Source: Laetmonice hystrix (lineage: Eukaryota). From it: a DNA stretch of 64,000 bases. Shown here in pieces: positions 34,492 through 48,885 of the stretch. A program made the translations under genes and the position numbers. Below the pieces are notes generated by a model. That model did no database searches and had not been told where the DNA came from. It saw only the letters and a program-made list of their open reading frames with translations. The DNA is taken from positions 41,170,001 through 41,234,000 of the forward strand of contig OZ249436.1 of the NCBI GenBank assembly GCA_965235115.1, read 5' to 3'. The first letter of the stretch is position 1, and each line of letters begins with the position of its first letter.

Positions 34492-34674
34492 CAGGGCCGT
34501 AGCCCAAGTACGTGGGGGTGGGGGTGGGGGTGGGGGTGGGGGGCAAGTAGGCCTGCCACGTGATAGGGCGTCATTGCGCCGGTCGATCTGGCCCGGGGTG
34601 TAGGTTAAAAAAACACAGAAAAACTGGAAATCCCAGGGGAGCAGCTGCCCCCCCCCCCGCAGGCTACGGCCCTA
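34492..34674. mobile_element. hAT-like MITE
   Basis: TIR CAGGGCCGTAGCC...GGCTACGGCCCTA (12/13); internal (TGGGGG)n and poly-C. Confidence 0.7.
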
Positions 34675-37600
34675 AACATGTATAATGGTCGGGTGTGCCA
34701 TCCATCCATACATATGCACCGAAGATGTACATCTGTTAGTATCCCGCCTTTTCTGTAGGCCTAATAATCCTACCTGTTTCACGTCAGGCCTATGACCTCG
34801 ACGATGTCTTGTTAAGCATCGTTGAAAAGTGGACTCGTACGACAAATTAAATTACGGAGTCGGTGACAGCTTGTCCGATAAAATATTTACATGATTGAAG
34901 CTAATCGGGGAGTGACCTTTCGAAGGGAGATTCTTCCAGAGATATTATTACGAGTTTTTTTTACGGTTTTGGCGTAACCTTTAGTGGGTGGAGAATTTAA
35001 TTAGTTTGAAGGTCCAACAGTGTTTTTTTTTTTCGGGATGTGGGGGTGGCGGGTCGGAGAGAGTCAGGAGGACGGGAGCCAGGAAGGTAGCCGTTACCTT
35101 TCGCAGTTAGTGTAGAACTTGTGTAGACGGTAGAGTAGACCAGCGCCGGGATGGGGTGATCCATCATCAGTGTAGATTAGGCTGCTGAGCGCGGAAGATG
35201 ATGAAGCATGGTTGATATAGTGTCCCACCACCACCACCACCACCACCCAAACCCCGTGGTGGCCCCAACTCCGCCACCTGCACGTCATTGGCGGCACGCT
35301 CCCAACACGTGCCTCCCACACCTGAACTTATATACAACCACGTCCTGAAATCTAGCCACTTTAAAAGTTCTCTCATTGGCTTCTTTTAAAGAGGCTACTT
35401 CCAGCTATGTACAGGATATTGCCAGCCATTCAGGGCAAGCTGATTCTACTATTCAGGGAAGGTGTTCTTCCAGATATTTGGAAATTTCGTTTATCCCCCA
35501 CCACCCGCCCCAACACACCCACACACACTCTGGATGGGGTTCTCCCGAAGGATGCAATGATAGTGACCAGCATGAGACTTAGAGCACGATTCGCACCGTT
35601 CCTCTGGTACGTGGTACAGAATTGCAGATTCGATCTTACCAAGCTCTCCCGAGTGCCAGATGACAGATGGCTGTTTTCGATGGGCAGCATTTTGTGCATG
35701 CAGTTAGGCTCAATATTGCCGTGCCTCATGGCAGTCCTGACGTCCCGATGATCGGCCCTTACCAAATTTGATAGCCTCAGTCAGTGGCAGGACCAAGATG
35801 TATGGACGATTTCTGCGACATTTCTATTCTGTGAGGTGAAGTGATCGTGAAGGATGATGGGGAAGGAGGATGGAGGCACCCGTACGAGGTAGTTCATCTC
35901 TCCAGATTATTGGGTACTGGAGCATGGTTAGAGAAGGCTCAACCAAACTCCAGTTTGGAAACCTATTTGTAATCTTTCGGCATCCTTTGATGGGTCGTGC
36001 CTGGCAATAATCAACTTGATGTACAGTTTACACAACTAACAGATCTGACCTCTGGAAAAAATTATATCAGCGTTATTTAGTTAGATAAATGGTGAAGACT
36101 GTTGTTGAGCTTCAGAAAACCACAAAAGATTCAAATACGATACCAGAAAGACAGTGACTGGACCTTTTTACAGGTGAAGTAATCAGGAGTTTGCCTACAA
36201 GGTCTTGTAGATCATTTTACCTTTTAAATCTTGTGGTCGGGCAATGATTTTGTTTTGAAATCCAGAGTGATTTAATCGTGCAAATTTTCGCAGATATTCT
36301 ATATATTCCAGTATACAAGTACATAATGATTCCTGAGGAATGTCAGGCCTGCGTTCTGTTTTGTAATAATAATAGGAATCCATCTGAATGCATTACCTTT
36401 GCCTGTCTCTCTGCGGCTGACAGTGCGATGTCAATCCCTTGTATAGAGTCGGCATGGCAACCGTTTAGAAGACAAAATCATCATGTAAGAGAATACAGCC
36501 TAATAGGTTTCCCGAGAGGCTTAGCTCTCTATCCGGAGCCACGTCATTGTTTTGAAGGGTATATCAGGCTTAAAGTGATTTCATGGATCCTTTATTTATG
36601 GTCGGTTTTATCATTGACGTGGTTTTATGTAGTCCCTCTATCTCGTTTCCTGTGCGGTCAATAAAATACGGGATACATCGAATATATGGCAAACCACTCA
36701 GAGAATTCGTCACTGCCCTGTGCCAACTCTTAGTACCTCCCCTGTAGATGACTTTTTTTAGTTGTCTCCCTGGTAGTGATCTTGAAATTATTGCGGCTCT
36801 CGGCAACGGGCGAGAAGGAACAAACTCAAGGAGCTCGGTTGACAGTACAATGTACCTGCTGCCGACCAATAAAAATAATTTAGTGAAGAATGAAGGCACC
36901 GGCAGCAAGAATCGGAAAAGGGCACGGAAGTGTAATTTTCTGCTTCCGTTGAGGCAATTCCTGAAGGGCATCACTTCAGAGATATTAGGGTGTCATGGCA
37001 GTTTCCTTCGTAAATTCAGAATATCAGTAGTGTAAATAGCTAGGCTATCAGTAGTTGATATATTTTTCTCATATTGCGATGGTAGTAATAAAGTGACAGT
37101 GGGCCTACCTGTTTATGTGGATCATCGCAGTATTCATAGGCGGTGTGAGAGTGTAGATTTTAATCAAAGTCAGACGATTTGCGATTGAAATTCCAGACTC
37201 GTGTGGAACCTTTGATAGGGCGATCTGCCCATTGATAAATTCTTATTCCTAATTACATCAATCACTCTGACTCTGCCAATCTGTATTATATCCAACCGTA
37301 ATTCCGAGATTAATTCATAATTAATTTTCTACTTGCATTAAATGATTTCTACTTATACGAATGCGACGACTCTTGAGTAATGACAGCAAAAACGAGGCCG
37401 ATATTTTAGACGACATAATGTTGTTATGAGTGCGGAACGTCCGTGGTCAGTGCGCGTCATGAGCCCATCCTGCCATGGTGCCGCACTTTCCGGTGTTATG
37501 TTTCCTACCTGTTTATCTGGCCATCAGTTGGCTACATTGATATCCCAAGGTAAAGGTGGATGACGTTATGGTCAGGTAATCGATACTTACCGACCCTACC

Positions 37601-39091
37601 TAAGGCTAAGTAAAGGTGTGTACATCCATACGTGTAAAACGGGACTGCGTATATCCGTGTGTCTGTGCCGTCTGTGAAGTACATGAGTTTGTGTCAACTT
37701 TGACCAGCTGTTGACTTCAGAGACTGTTGGGAACTATGGACGGATGGTTTTTATATAGCAAGATTAGCAAGGATACGTTGATACAGTATTGAAGGTATGA
37801 ATGCTCTCTAAGATGTTGGTAAGAATATCGCAAATATTTGATTCTATGAAATGTTTATCTGCCTGTCATGGTTATTTTACCATGGATGAGTGAAGTAGTC
37901 AGCAAGTACATGTATACCAATCTCTCCCTCCGATATTGGCTGTGGAAAAAAATATGGACTTCAACATAATCCATACATAGATGAATAAGATTTGATAGCG
38001 GAAGTCAGTATTAGTCCTGGCTGTATCTGCATGCTTCAAGTTTATAAGGATAGGTTATAATTGATTAGAATATCTGTGTATCAGGAATTCAGTCTCAGAA
38101 AGTCGCTAATATATTACCAAGGATCAGGGAAGAAAAAGTCTGACGTGTCTATCCACAGCAGTGTTTTCTGTCGTTTAGAAAGAAGCAGGTATTAGTGAAA
38201 ACTGTCGTGACCTTCCTCGTGATAAGTAAGGTCAATCGTGTTCAAAGTATATCTCTTCACTTCACTTGTTCTAAAAGGTTTGAAAGCCCTTTCTAAGCCG
38301 CCATATTTTACACGTGCTTATAGACCGCTCATACCGAGGATCAGTATCACATGAATATGAGAAGTCGATGCTTGGTCTCCCTCCTGTCAGGATGGCGACA
38401 TTTCGTAGAAGATCGCACTTTGAGGGCAGTCTCTGTCAGATTGTGAGACATGCCTTTCTATAGCTAATCGGAACTGAAGTGTTGGCTGTCACGTGACGTA
38501 CCGGTAATCATTGTGTGGGATAAGGAAATAAATGTAGCAATGAAGACAGCTTTAGAGGCCAACATGGCGTTTAATCGTCACCATGCGCCATCATAAATAT
38601 CGCTGCGTCTTCCCCTTCCTCAGTTCCTGTTTGACAAACGGCTACAGAATGAAGCAATTTCAGGGCGGTTGGTACTTCCCTGTTTAATGTGTTTGACAGC
38701 TTCGTTTTCCCTCGTTTCTTTGACATAGTGAATCGTGTAATAATTGCAGCTGCTTATTTGTGTATAATTAATGTGTTTTGATATGAAGGTGTCAGTAATG
38801 ATACCGGCACGATGTTGTAAATGAGACCGATAATTTGTGTCTGGCATTCTGTTGTATACCAGTGTATCAGATTGTGTCTGCCACATTGCTGTTGTAAATC
38901 CAGCTGTTCTTTTGCGTGCTAACACTTTACCGTGCCTCTGAACATAGACGGCTCCAATACACGACGTATTGGAGTCCAGATTGAGCACTTTGAGGATTGG
39001 TAAAAGATGCATTTTGTTCTGTTGGAGTTTATTCTTCTTTACTTTGTTGAGCATATATCCCGAATTTGACGTGGTGTTGCTGTACTTGCAG

Positions 39092-39220
39092 GGCTGGTCC
39101 CATTCATGTTCACTCGAGCAGGCCGTGAGGAGGAAGGCTATGGGAACATCGAGCAACCTGAAGGAGACGGGCACCATGGACACCAGGGCCTCTTCAAACA
39201 CCTGCACACAAGTGGCCCAG
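39092..39220 (+). CDS. MARCHF8: Probable N-terminal exon of the MARCH1/8-like ligase
   Basis: ttgcag| acceptor and CAG|gtaacc donor; 129 nt, phase 0-0, open (GWSHSCSLEQAVRRKAMGTSSNLKETGTMDTRASSNTCTQVAQ) and in frame with the RING exon. In-frame ATG at 39140. No recognisable conserved motif. Confidence 0.55.
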
Positions 39221-41033
39221 GTAACCACCCCCACACACTCCCATCCTGTCTCTAATGGAGATAAATCACAGCAATTCTAACTGCTTATTCTGTTAATCCC
39301 TCCTCTCCTTAAGCTGCACGAGCTGAAAGCCTCTTAGTCCTCTTAGTTTAAGCAGTGGTGCGACGTCCGCCAGTCTTTTCAGTTTTGAGGTTTTTTTTAA
39401 GGAAAGAGAAAACAATGTCGCAGTCTTTGCCACTGCACCAACTTGCTCTAATGGCATCCCCGCGTCGGTCCTTGCTTATATATATGATCATTGATTTCAA
39501 AGTCTTGGGATAAGCGGGCTGGGCCTCATGGTAGACACAAACGATAGCTCACTGGACCCCTTGGGTGGGCTACTCTCTGAGGGATTGCAGTGATATTACA
39601 GGCACAACAGTTGGACTGAGAGGACAACTTCACTGGAAAAATAAACGAAGAGTTTCCAGACAGAACATATCATTCAGTTGATCTATTCGCAATTCTGGTG
39701 CTAATGTCTAGAGGCATAAATATCCTCTTGCATATAAATTGAATTTCTATTTTAAACTAAGATTTGTAAAGCCTGTGTAGCTTGTATTGTTTGCCACATG
39801 TATACCTCGCTCGGAGATTGATAACGGAGTAGTCGACCTAACGAATCTGACGGGATAAAGTTAATTAATTTCGCCATGCAAATACACGCCGCTCCATCCA
39901 CAGGTGATCATGGGATTGAGTAATGTTGAGATGAGCCGTTCATACCGCCGCCGCCGACTCCCATGGTCGGTGCCAGGCGTCAGTGTCGGTGTGAACGACG
40001 CCCCCATAAAGAATGAATTCTTGAAGCGGGGGTGGCTTGGCTGCTACTGATCTGCTTCCAACTGTTTGTGACATCTCGTGGCAGCCTGACATCTGACCAT
40101 CCACGGAACCGTGACAGGAGACCTATGGCGCTGTCTGTGTCAATCCATTGCCGGATGGCCACAGCAGCGTAAGGTTGCCGGGTTTGGTATGTGACACAGG
40201 ATTACCATTAGGGCCATGGTGTCCGCCAGAGTGTTAGAGCTCGGTGTAATATCATCTTGGACGTTTCCCAGCCCGCAGCCGTATTTAATGCAGTGTGAGT
40301 TTTTAACAAATGAATTCAGTATTCACCGTATAGGATAGAGTCTACCCGTCCAGATATGGATGGACAGTCCTTCCCCCCGCCTCAATGACTGGGACATTTG
40401 GAATCGGTTGGGTGCTGCCCTGCCTGCCTAGCGAATACCACTGATTATATAGGCCTAACATGCCCCACCCACCTGCTTACATAACTTTGAGACATAAGGC
40501 CATACCCGACAACATCGGACCCTGTGACGTATGGGTGTGTCCGGTAATACCCCAGCCCCCTGCACTCACAACCTTGTGACTTCTATATTTCATGGATTTT
40601 ATATCAGTAACCCCTGTCTGCTTATAAGTAGAATGGATTTTACTTATTACACATGAGCGTGAACTGATTAGACTCCAGGCTCCGTCTGCCGGTCAGGCCG
40701 GTGACCTATAGATGCATCAGACTGAATTACTCAACCTTCTCCGCGCTAAAAATATGAAAAAAGGATCAAATTTAAAATTCAGAATTCATACAAAGCCACC
40801 GCAAAGAACGCAGCCAGTAGAACTAGCAGCTGAGTATGAATAAATGAAGTAGTTCGGGCCACATTACACGAGGTAGAATTTATGTTTTTCCGAAGATTGG
40901 GGCCGCTATCAGATCAGATACTGATGCCAGGATATCTGTTATAAACCTAATGGGTATGTTGATGGTGGTTGGAGAGAGATATTCTATACGTCTTGTATAA
41001 TCGGTGTGTGGGTTAATAATAATAGTCCGCACG

Positions 41034-41308
41034 GCCGCTGTCAGTGAGAGGGACCGTTCACCTGGTCCGGTCACCTGCCGCTGTCAGTGAGAGGGACCGT
41101 TCACCTGGTCCGGTCACCTGCCGCTGTCAGTGAGAGGGACCGTTCACCCGGTCTGCCGCTGTCACTGAGAGGGACCGTTCACCTGGTCCCGCCGTTGTCA
41201 CTGAGAGGGACCGTTCACCTGGTCCTGCCGCTGTCAGTGAGAGGGACCGTTCACCTGGTCCTGCCGCTGTCAGTGAGAGGGACCCTTCACCTGGTCCTGC
41301 CGCTGTCA
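41034..41308. repeat. 36-bp (35-43-bp variants) minisatellite, ~7 copies
   Basis: GCCGCTGTCAGTGAGAGGGACCGTTCACCTGGTCCT; the first two units carry a 7-bp internal addition. Confidence 0.95.
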
Positions 41309-42182
41309 TCACCAAAGCCTCCAGTTGTGGGCAGACGATGGAAGGCTGGGTGGCCTCTCCACAACTACCGGTGCCACCAGCCCTAGAGGACGGTAAACAA
41401 AATATCCAGACAGCCGGACTTTGACCGGGTCCCACTCTCGGTGTCCCAGGCAGGCATGAGACACTGCCGGCAGACTTATATGTGTAGGCCTACGTGTGTT
41501 TTCATGGATAACAAAGCTGATAACACCGCTTTGTACACATAGAGAGCTGTTGTAAAGCGAATGTTTGGTATATCAATACAACCTTTGTAGCGCAGCCGTT
41601 ATCTAACAAAAAGTCAAATTTGATCTGTTGAATAAACAAATCCCAGATCTAGTTTGTAAATTGTCCCGATAAAGGGAGCATGACGAATGACGAAAAAAAT
41701 GGGAATAACATCATTGATATCGAAACCATCGAAGTCAAGTGTGGGCGTAATTATTCATGCACAAGGACCTGATTGGAAAATCATTCAAAATGACATCAGA
41801 AACTGCCGCGAGCCATTCGTCACACAAATTGTGCAAAATAGAGTAGGTAGGTCCTTCACCGTACCAGTACTGTTAGTTCGTTGATACAGTGATTCTATTA
41901 GGAATGTAGTAACTGAACCGAGTCGTATGTAGAGGTGGCGAGTTGGTATTGCGAATACAGGGTACATGTATACATGGCAGCGGTTGAGGTTCATGAGTGT
42001 CAGCTGTGGGCGTACAGTCATTCAGCACCTACGTCATGACTCCTGACATTATCTCTACCTTCTCTATGGTCAACACCGTGTCCTTGAGACACCCCCCCCC
42101 CCCCCACCCCCACAGACACACCCAGACATCCCGAGCCGCACTCAACGAATATCAGCGCCAATGATTTCATTGTCAGGGAATA

Positions 42183-42331
42183 CAGTCAGACCTCGTTTAT
42201 CCGAACAGCTTGGTTCCCAAATGTTACAATGCGTTCGGATTGTGAAACATGCGGATTACTGAATCATTTTAAATAGGAAATGGTAGAAGAGGTTCGGATT
42301 GTGAGGTGTACGGATTAACGAGGTCTGACTG
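42183..42331. mobile_element. Tc1/mariner (pogo/Tigger-like) MITE
   Basis: TA|CAGTCAGACCTCGTTTATCCG...CGGATTAACGAGGTCTGACTG|TA; TIR 20/21 and TA TSD. Confidence 0.9.
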
Positions 42332-42741
42332 TATATTAATACGATGTGTGTAGTGGAAGTGTAGAGGAACTTCGTTAATTTAGTCTGTTCACGGCAGGAC
42401 CTGTAATCCGTTCACAGTCTCTATCAATGTGTTTAATTTATCGTTCCCTATTTTAAATGATGTACAAGCTCAGAGTGCTATAAAATATTCAATAATGCCA
42501 AGCCATTTATATTAATGAAACCTGAGTGAAATCCGCAATGTTACAGTACAGGAAAAAAAAAACCCCACAAGCTACAATCCCACCTACATCCAAAATGAAT
42601 TAAGACTTGGACGGGGGAAGCAATGATGGATGTGATAACCAGCCTGTTGGTACATTGTATTTGTACATTTGTATATTATTCGGAGCTTTTTGCTTTGTTT
42701 ATTTTTATACCTTTGTGTAATGTAAATGTGCTATTTTCCAG

Positions 42742-43026
42742 CAACCACACGAGATGTTATCCAATGGGAATAACGGGATGCCGCCCTACAAGCAGGACCA
42801 CAGCGAGTCGCAGACGTCAATTAACTCGACGATGGACTCGTGTCGAATATGTCACTGCGAGGCGGGTCCGTCGACACCTCTCATTGCGCCGTGTGTGTGC
42901 TCGGGCAGCCTCAAGTACGTCCACCAGGCCTGCCTACAACAGTGGATCAAGAGTGCTGACATCAAGTCCTGTGAACTCTGTAAATATGACTTCGAAATGA
43001 CCACAAGAATTAAACCCTTCAGAAAG
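42742..43026 (+). CDS. MARCHF8: E3 ubiquitin ligase MARCH1/8-like, RING-CH (RINGv) exon
   Basis: CRICHCE...[38 protein letters not shown] is a C4HC3 RING-CH. ttccag| acceptor and AAG|gtaagt donor; phase 0-0. Confidence 0.95.
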
Positions 43027-46000
43027 GTAAGTCACACACGAATTGTCTATTGTTACTTTCTGATGGTAAATGTCCATGCAAAGGTAACTCTTTGGTTATG
43101 TAGTTTGGTTGGGTCGCAGTGTCTCGATTATTATTTGATGGAAAGAGTTGTGTAAGTGGTGCCCTAATACAGGCGAGACACAGGCTGGGAACTAGTATTG
43201 ACAGCTTATGGGATCACTCCAACGGTTCTGACCAATATATAAAACGCCCAGCAGCTTAGAAGAAGTCACCAAAATTGTTTGGCTTTCCAACAATTTCATG
43301 CATCCCGTTGTTTTTCTCAGTCCTTGAACGATAGCTAGCTTCAAAATAGCTCTAATAAAAAGTTTAGTAGAAGTTTTCCATGATCAATTAAGAAGTGCAT
43401 TACATTATTAAATTGGCTAAAGGGAAACAAGTAAATTTGCATTTAATTAATTGAATCCCGTCAGAAAACCAAGGTTTGCACGTAATTATGTTTCCCGGTT
43501 GAAAAATTAAAAAGAATATTCAAACAACACAGTTGTGTGTTTGTAATTCATGAAAGAAAATACACGCATAATGGAGTACAGATCAATCATGGTACCCATA
43601 CAATCCCAATATCTAGGTTTCCTTAGATGTTCATGAACAAATCTGGCATAAAATTTTCGAGTTAACCGTCTTTGTTCCACTTATATCTGAGATATTTCAG
43701 TAAATTCAGGCGGAGCTCTTTCCTGGTTGACATCATTAGCACCCTACTGGTTCAAAGGCTGTTCCGCCTTATATATACTCCCGCTCCCCCTTTAAGTATA
43801 AACGCCTACAATGAACATGGATTCAAATTTCTTCTTCTTTTTTTTTTGTAACGAAATGCTTTTGAACCGAAACACGGAATCGGGTATAGACATGACGCAG
43901 ATTCTCAAGACACGCTCCAAGGTAACCTGGACAGAATCCTGATAGGATTATGTCGGATGAGCAGTAAAATCAATATTTCAAAACGACCCCCACAGTTACT
44001 GTTTCCTGGTCTCTCCCTGAATTGGCTGGAACTCCACCCAGTGGAGACAGTGTTGCCTCACTCGGACAAACCAGGACGTTACTCCCCATTGATTCCCTCC
44101 AAGTCCGGGGTCAAGTCTCAGTGTACTCGGCAAGCCCCACTAGTTTTTTTCGTGCTGCATAAACCCGGATCCAACAGATTAAATCTCATACCAAACTCCA
44201 CAAATCAATACCGGACTGAAAGAATTTGAACACATTACTTTGACACTTCAAGGCGTAGTGAGCAGTCTGTGGGCAAAGGGAAGCAGGCTAATGGTCTGAT
44301 CTTGGAATAATCAGAGAACGTATACGTTCTGTGGAATAATATAGGCTTCCTTCTAGCGGTTCTAGCCGACCCGTCAGCAGCACAGAGGCTGCCATTGAGA
44401 TTACTACCAAAAATATAAATCATTGAGACTTTTATATCAATATTTGTGCGGGGGAGGAGGTAGCTTCGGTATATCCAGATCGCAATATTTTTTTTAAGTA
44501 TATAAATACCGGTATTTGAGCGGGGGAGGAGGTAGCTTCGGTGTATCGAAATCACAATTTTTTTTCATTAACTACGGCAAGTTCCACTGAATCAAATCTG
44601 GTCTAACAAAACTGAAAATACAAGGAAAATGATAAATGTTTGTATATACTGGGATTAGGATTTTTCACTTAGTCACCTTTCTAAATGTAAAAAGATTTAT
44701 CCTGAAATTAATTCTGAACATCCACATATTGTATGTCATATGGGATATTTTATTCTACGGTCGTATGATACCGTAGAATATCAAATGACATTATGTGGAA
44801 ACGAAACAGTGATGTTACATGCGTACATAGAATACAGGGCCTTAGCAGAACTCTCACGGGTCTTCACGGTAATGTTGAGGAAACCTAAGTGAGTTAACTA
44901 CCAGTCTGGGAACTCTTGCTGGTAATAAACTAAGGATAAATAAGGTATGACAGCACACAAGAGACATGTCGAGAATATTTCACTGGCTGAGCATTCTTCT
45001 GCTTTCTCCGATCAGGGGACACGTCCGACCGGTGCCAGTGTATCAGAACCTAATCGGGAGTGTTTGGGAGGCCTGGTCAGGGTATTGATTGAAGAACTAA
45101 TTGAGATTGCCATGGACCAGCAAGAGACTGGTAGACATGTGTTACCTCGACCGGCCATAAGGGAGTGGGAGGGGGAGGGGAGGGTGATGGGGAGGGGGGA
45201 CTTTGGTTGGAGCCAGCCAGGTTTAGTGGCTGATGGAACAGGAGTAGTGAACAAAATGTGTGACGCCTCTATAAAAAGTCTTCGATTAATCTCACCCAAT
45301 TCCCCCAGGAGCTTTGATTTACCATAGCAACCCAGCGTAGCTGATAACAAAAACCTACGAAATCTTACACTCAGAAGAAAATTACATCTTCAAACATTTT
45401 AGAGCTTAAGTTTCCCGACCAATACGGGTGGTACGGAGCATGTCATAATTGTCGGCGTGGTCGTTTTCATTATCTTAACACAATATGTCCTTATCGTGCA
45501 AGAACTCTCTCAATGTCTCCTCAAACTAAAGGTGTTCCTTACTCCCCCATTCAAGCAACCCTTCACCGATCAACAAAACTGGGAGCCATCTCGAAATCCA
45601 CTTGGGACTCTCGACCGGTTTGTTATGGTCGTAAGGAATTTGGCGAGCACAGCTAATGGTCCTTCACGTCCTGAAAATGTGCGCCGTCTGTCCCAGAAAT
45701 GACCCTAACCTACCGTAGATCTTGTTGGAGGTTCAGTCTGAGTGCTCTCCTGACAGGCTGGTCGACCGACCGGGTTGGTTGTCGGGGCCCAGGGTCTGTC
45801 TGCAAGCCTATGGAGGCAGAGGCGGAACCCCAGGAGAAAAATATGATTGTTATTTGCTGGCAAGGGGTCGAGGGTATTTTATAGAAGTCATGAGCTTATG
45901 ACGGATCACATAAACGAGGCTTTGGTATGAGTCCTGTATGGGACAGTGATGTGCCGTACATGCCAGTTATCTGGTACCGAAAAGTGCTGGTATGTGTAGA

Positions 46001-48854
46001 AGGATCTTTTGCTACTTCACCACGGCCACCCGGTGCCTCCCCGCTTGCAGAACATGAAGCTGATTTATCGCTTCCTTTTAAACAACGCCCTGAGAGGATA
46101 GAATTTACCAAAAAAGTGTCAATAAATATTCTCTAGTTTTCTCTTTTCACAAATTATTCTGGGGACATGTCCCTAGATCCTCGTTGGTAACCAGAGCGTC
46201 TCCGATGATCTTAATAACGCCCATGCCACACCCTCCTACTCAAAATATGCCACAGTCTTGACATATTATTATCCTGGGTGCCTTCCTCAAACTCTGCCAC
46301 TGCCACCCTGTGGTCTGGCACGTTATACAAGATTGAATAACACCTATTTTTTTAACTCATGTTAGGAACGAAGAAAACAATATATTTGACCCGTTGACGT
46401 TATCCGTTCAGTGTATGGCGACAAATTGATTTTATCCTCCATCCATTGTCTGAGAGTCATGATATCTTGGATGCCTAATTTCTCACGAACGAACAAGCAG
46501 AGAACGTGGGCTATTATGCCACAGAGAGAAAACGAATGTATTTTATGTATGCCTTGCATGAGTAATATCATGGTTTAAACTCATTGATCCGTTAAAAATG
46601 CTTGCATGATTGATGAGTCGGCGTGAGTACTGAATTGTCCTGTTTATAACGAGCTCCGGGCCTAGCTATAATGACAACCAGGGATTCCTCGCGACTAAAT
46701 CGGAGCTACACCATGTACACCTGTTAGATACAATAGGAATTGCTATGTAATGGACAATAATGCGAGCATACTCAGGCTACACTCTCCCCATCGAGATGCT
46801 TCGGTGTCAGGGTCGTGAGACCGGACTGAAAACAAGGTGAATTTATCGACCTCGGATATGAAACAAGCTGACACCGATAGGCGACTCGGACTCATTTCTC
46901 AGGTTGGAATGTGCGAGCGCTTTGTTAGGCACCGTACCATCCCCTCCCAATATCTAGATCAATAATGGATCCATAGCCATGGATCAACAGCCTCAGACTC
47001 TCATCACATATTAATTACACACTTGTCGCCGCCTAATCCACTGTGCTAGCAGACACTGGCAGCATACATGTCAAGCGAGTCGCTCTCCTCAAGGTTTTAA
47101 ACGACTAACAGAGATTATAATTGCGGAATTATGAGATTAACAATGTTAACAACTATAGAAACTGCATCTAATCTAACGCGTTCAAGGGGGAATAATAAAG
47201 AGAGAATGAGGAGGGAAGATTTTCTTTCAAAAATTACCTGGCTGAGATCTATTACAGATGAAGTCGAGCTTAGAAACGTACCTTCCAGGATTGAACACAG
47301 GCAGTGTCTATAAACCGCCAACTGCATCAGTATGATATGTTAATAATTTCTATATTTCTGTATTGTGTTGTATTTTATAAAGCAGTGAATGTATACTAGA
47401 TATACCGGGTTCCGTCTATGCTGGTTCCAACGTGTGAGTAGGATATGACAAGAGTGGTAAGGTGCAGGCAACATTATCTGTGTAGACGAGACGGAATCCA
47501 TTTTCCCACACTTCAATAGTGAATATCGATACGATCACTGGAGTCTGACAGAGTGCACTTTAAATCCTGTCACGGTAACGGTGCGTTACATAGATTTATA
47601 GCATGTTGTATACGTTCTGAGCGTTTTGTAACCAGACCTACAGTGTTGAATGCGCCTCCGATGTCCACAGACGGGGCAAGGGGAACACATACAACCAATG
47701 CACTGATTGAACGCATTTAGCTGCAGTGATTGAGAGCAGTCAGCCCAAGTAATATCCTGCTTTATGGCTTAGCCTGTCAATCGTGAGATTTCTCCCAACC
47801 AATTCCCTGTTTCCACCCACATTTCAGTGGCCATGGCACCGCCGTGCCTCTCCGGCAGATGGGCCCCACGAGTGGTAATTGCAAATTGCTGGAACCGCTT
47901 GTCCATGTTGTCAAGAGCGAATTCTAAAGGAAGTTATTAAAGCTTACAAATTGGACTGCCTGGCCACAACCGGTGCTGGTTTCTGGTTGGTACCGGCTGG
48001 CCTGTTGCTCGCGATAATTGGTAAATCAACGGCAGGGTGTTTAAAATATATTCTCGCCTAACAATAAGGATGGAATTGTTTTGCTTGGATGATCACGATT
48101 TCTTGAACAGGAATGTTGGCCTTTTTAAAACTCGCTGCCCATCGGTGCCATTTTAATGACACTATCGACGTTAGGAGTCTAGCGCGTGAGTTCCATGTGG
48201 TAAAGATGGGCATGTGTAATTTTTGGCGACACATAAAAGTATAACTTGGGAGCTTATCTTTTCCTCTGATATATTGTAAAGATTCCAGCTGAGATTACTG
48301 AAAATATTAATCAATACCAGCAATCCGTGAAATGGACCAATGAAATACAGACCCAAGCACGGCTCTAGGGGATACCGTTCTGACGCCCAAACCGTTTTGG
48401 TTTAATGCATCAAGTAATAAGTCACCAGATTATGTACCGTACTCAAGTATTTCTTAATGTTAGAACATGTGCACTGATATGGACTGCGAGGAAATGTTAC
48501 GTTGATACAGTACGTCATTGTTTGATAAAGGCTGAAATTGTAAGTAGTATGCAGAAATGCTGGTTTTCGTCAGTCTGCACTTTACGACCTTTTACTTGAC
48601 TTGCACATTGAGTGCTATAGAGGTGGATACATAGACACTGAACCGACGTCAATTTTCTTAGCATCAGCGAAGAAGTCATTACTGTCAAACCTCTAATACT
48701 TGAGAAAGAACATTTTATGGTACTTATACATATATCGTGTTTATGATACATACACATGTACATATATCGTACGCCAGCAGAGACTGAGCTCAGACAAGGG
48801 ACAGACAAGATAATTACACTAAAGCGCAGTACTTACATGTATGTAGTTCTGGGG

Positions 48855-48884
<30 letters not shown>

Positions 48885-48885
<1 letters not shown>

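Noticed and set aside
38620..39234. 204-aa minus-strand ORF
   Set aside because: It lies antisense to the probable MARCH exon and has no recognisable domain.
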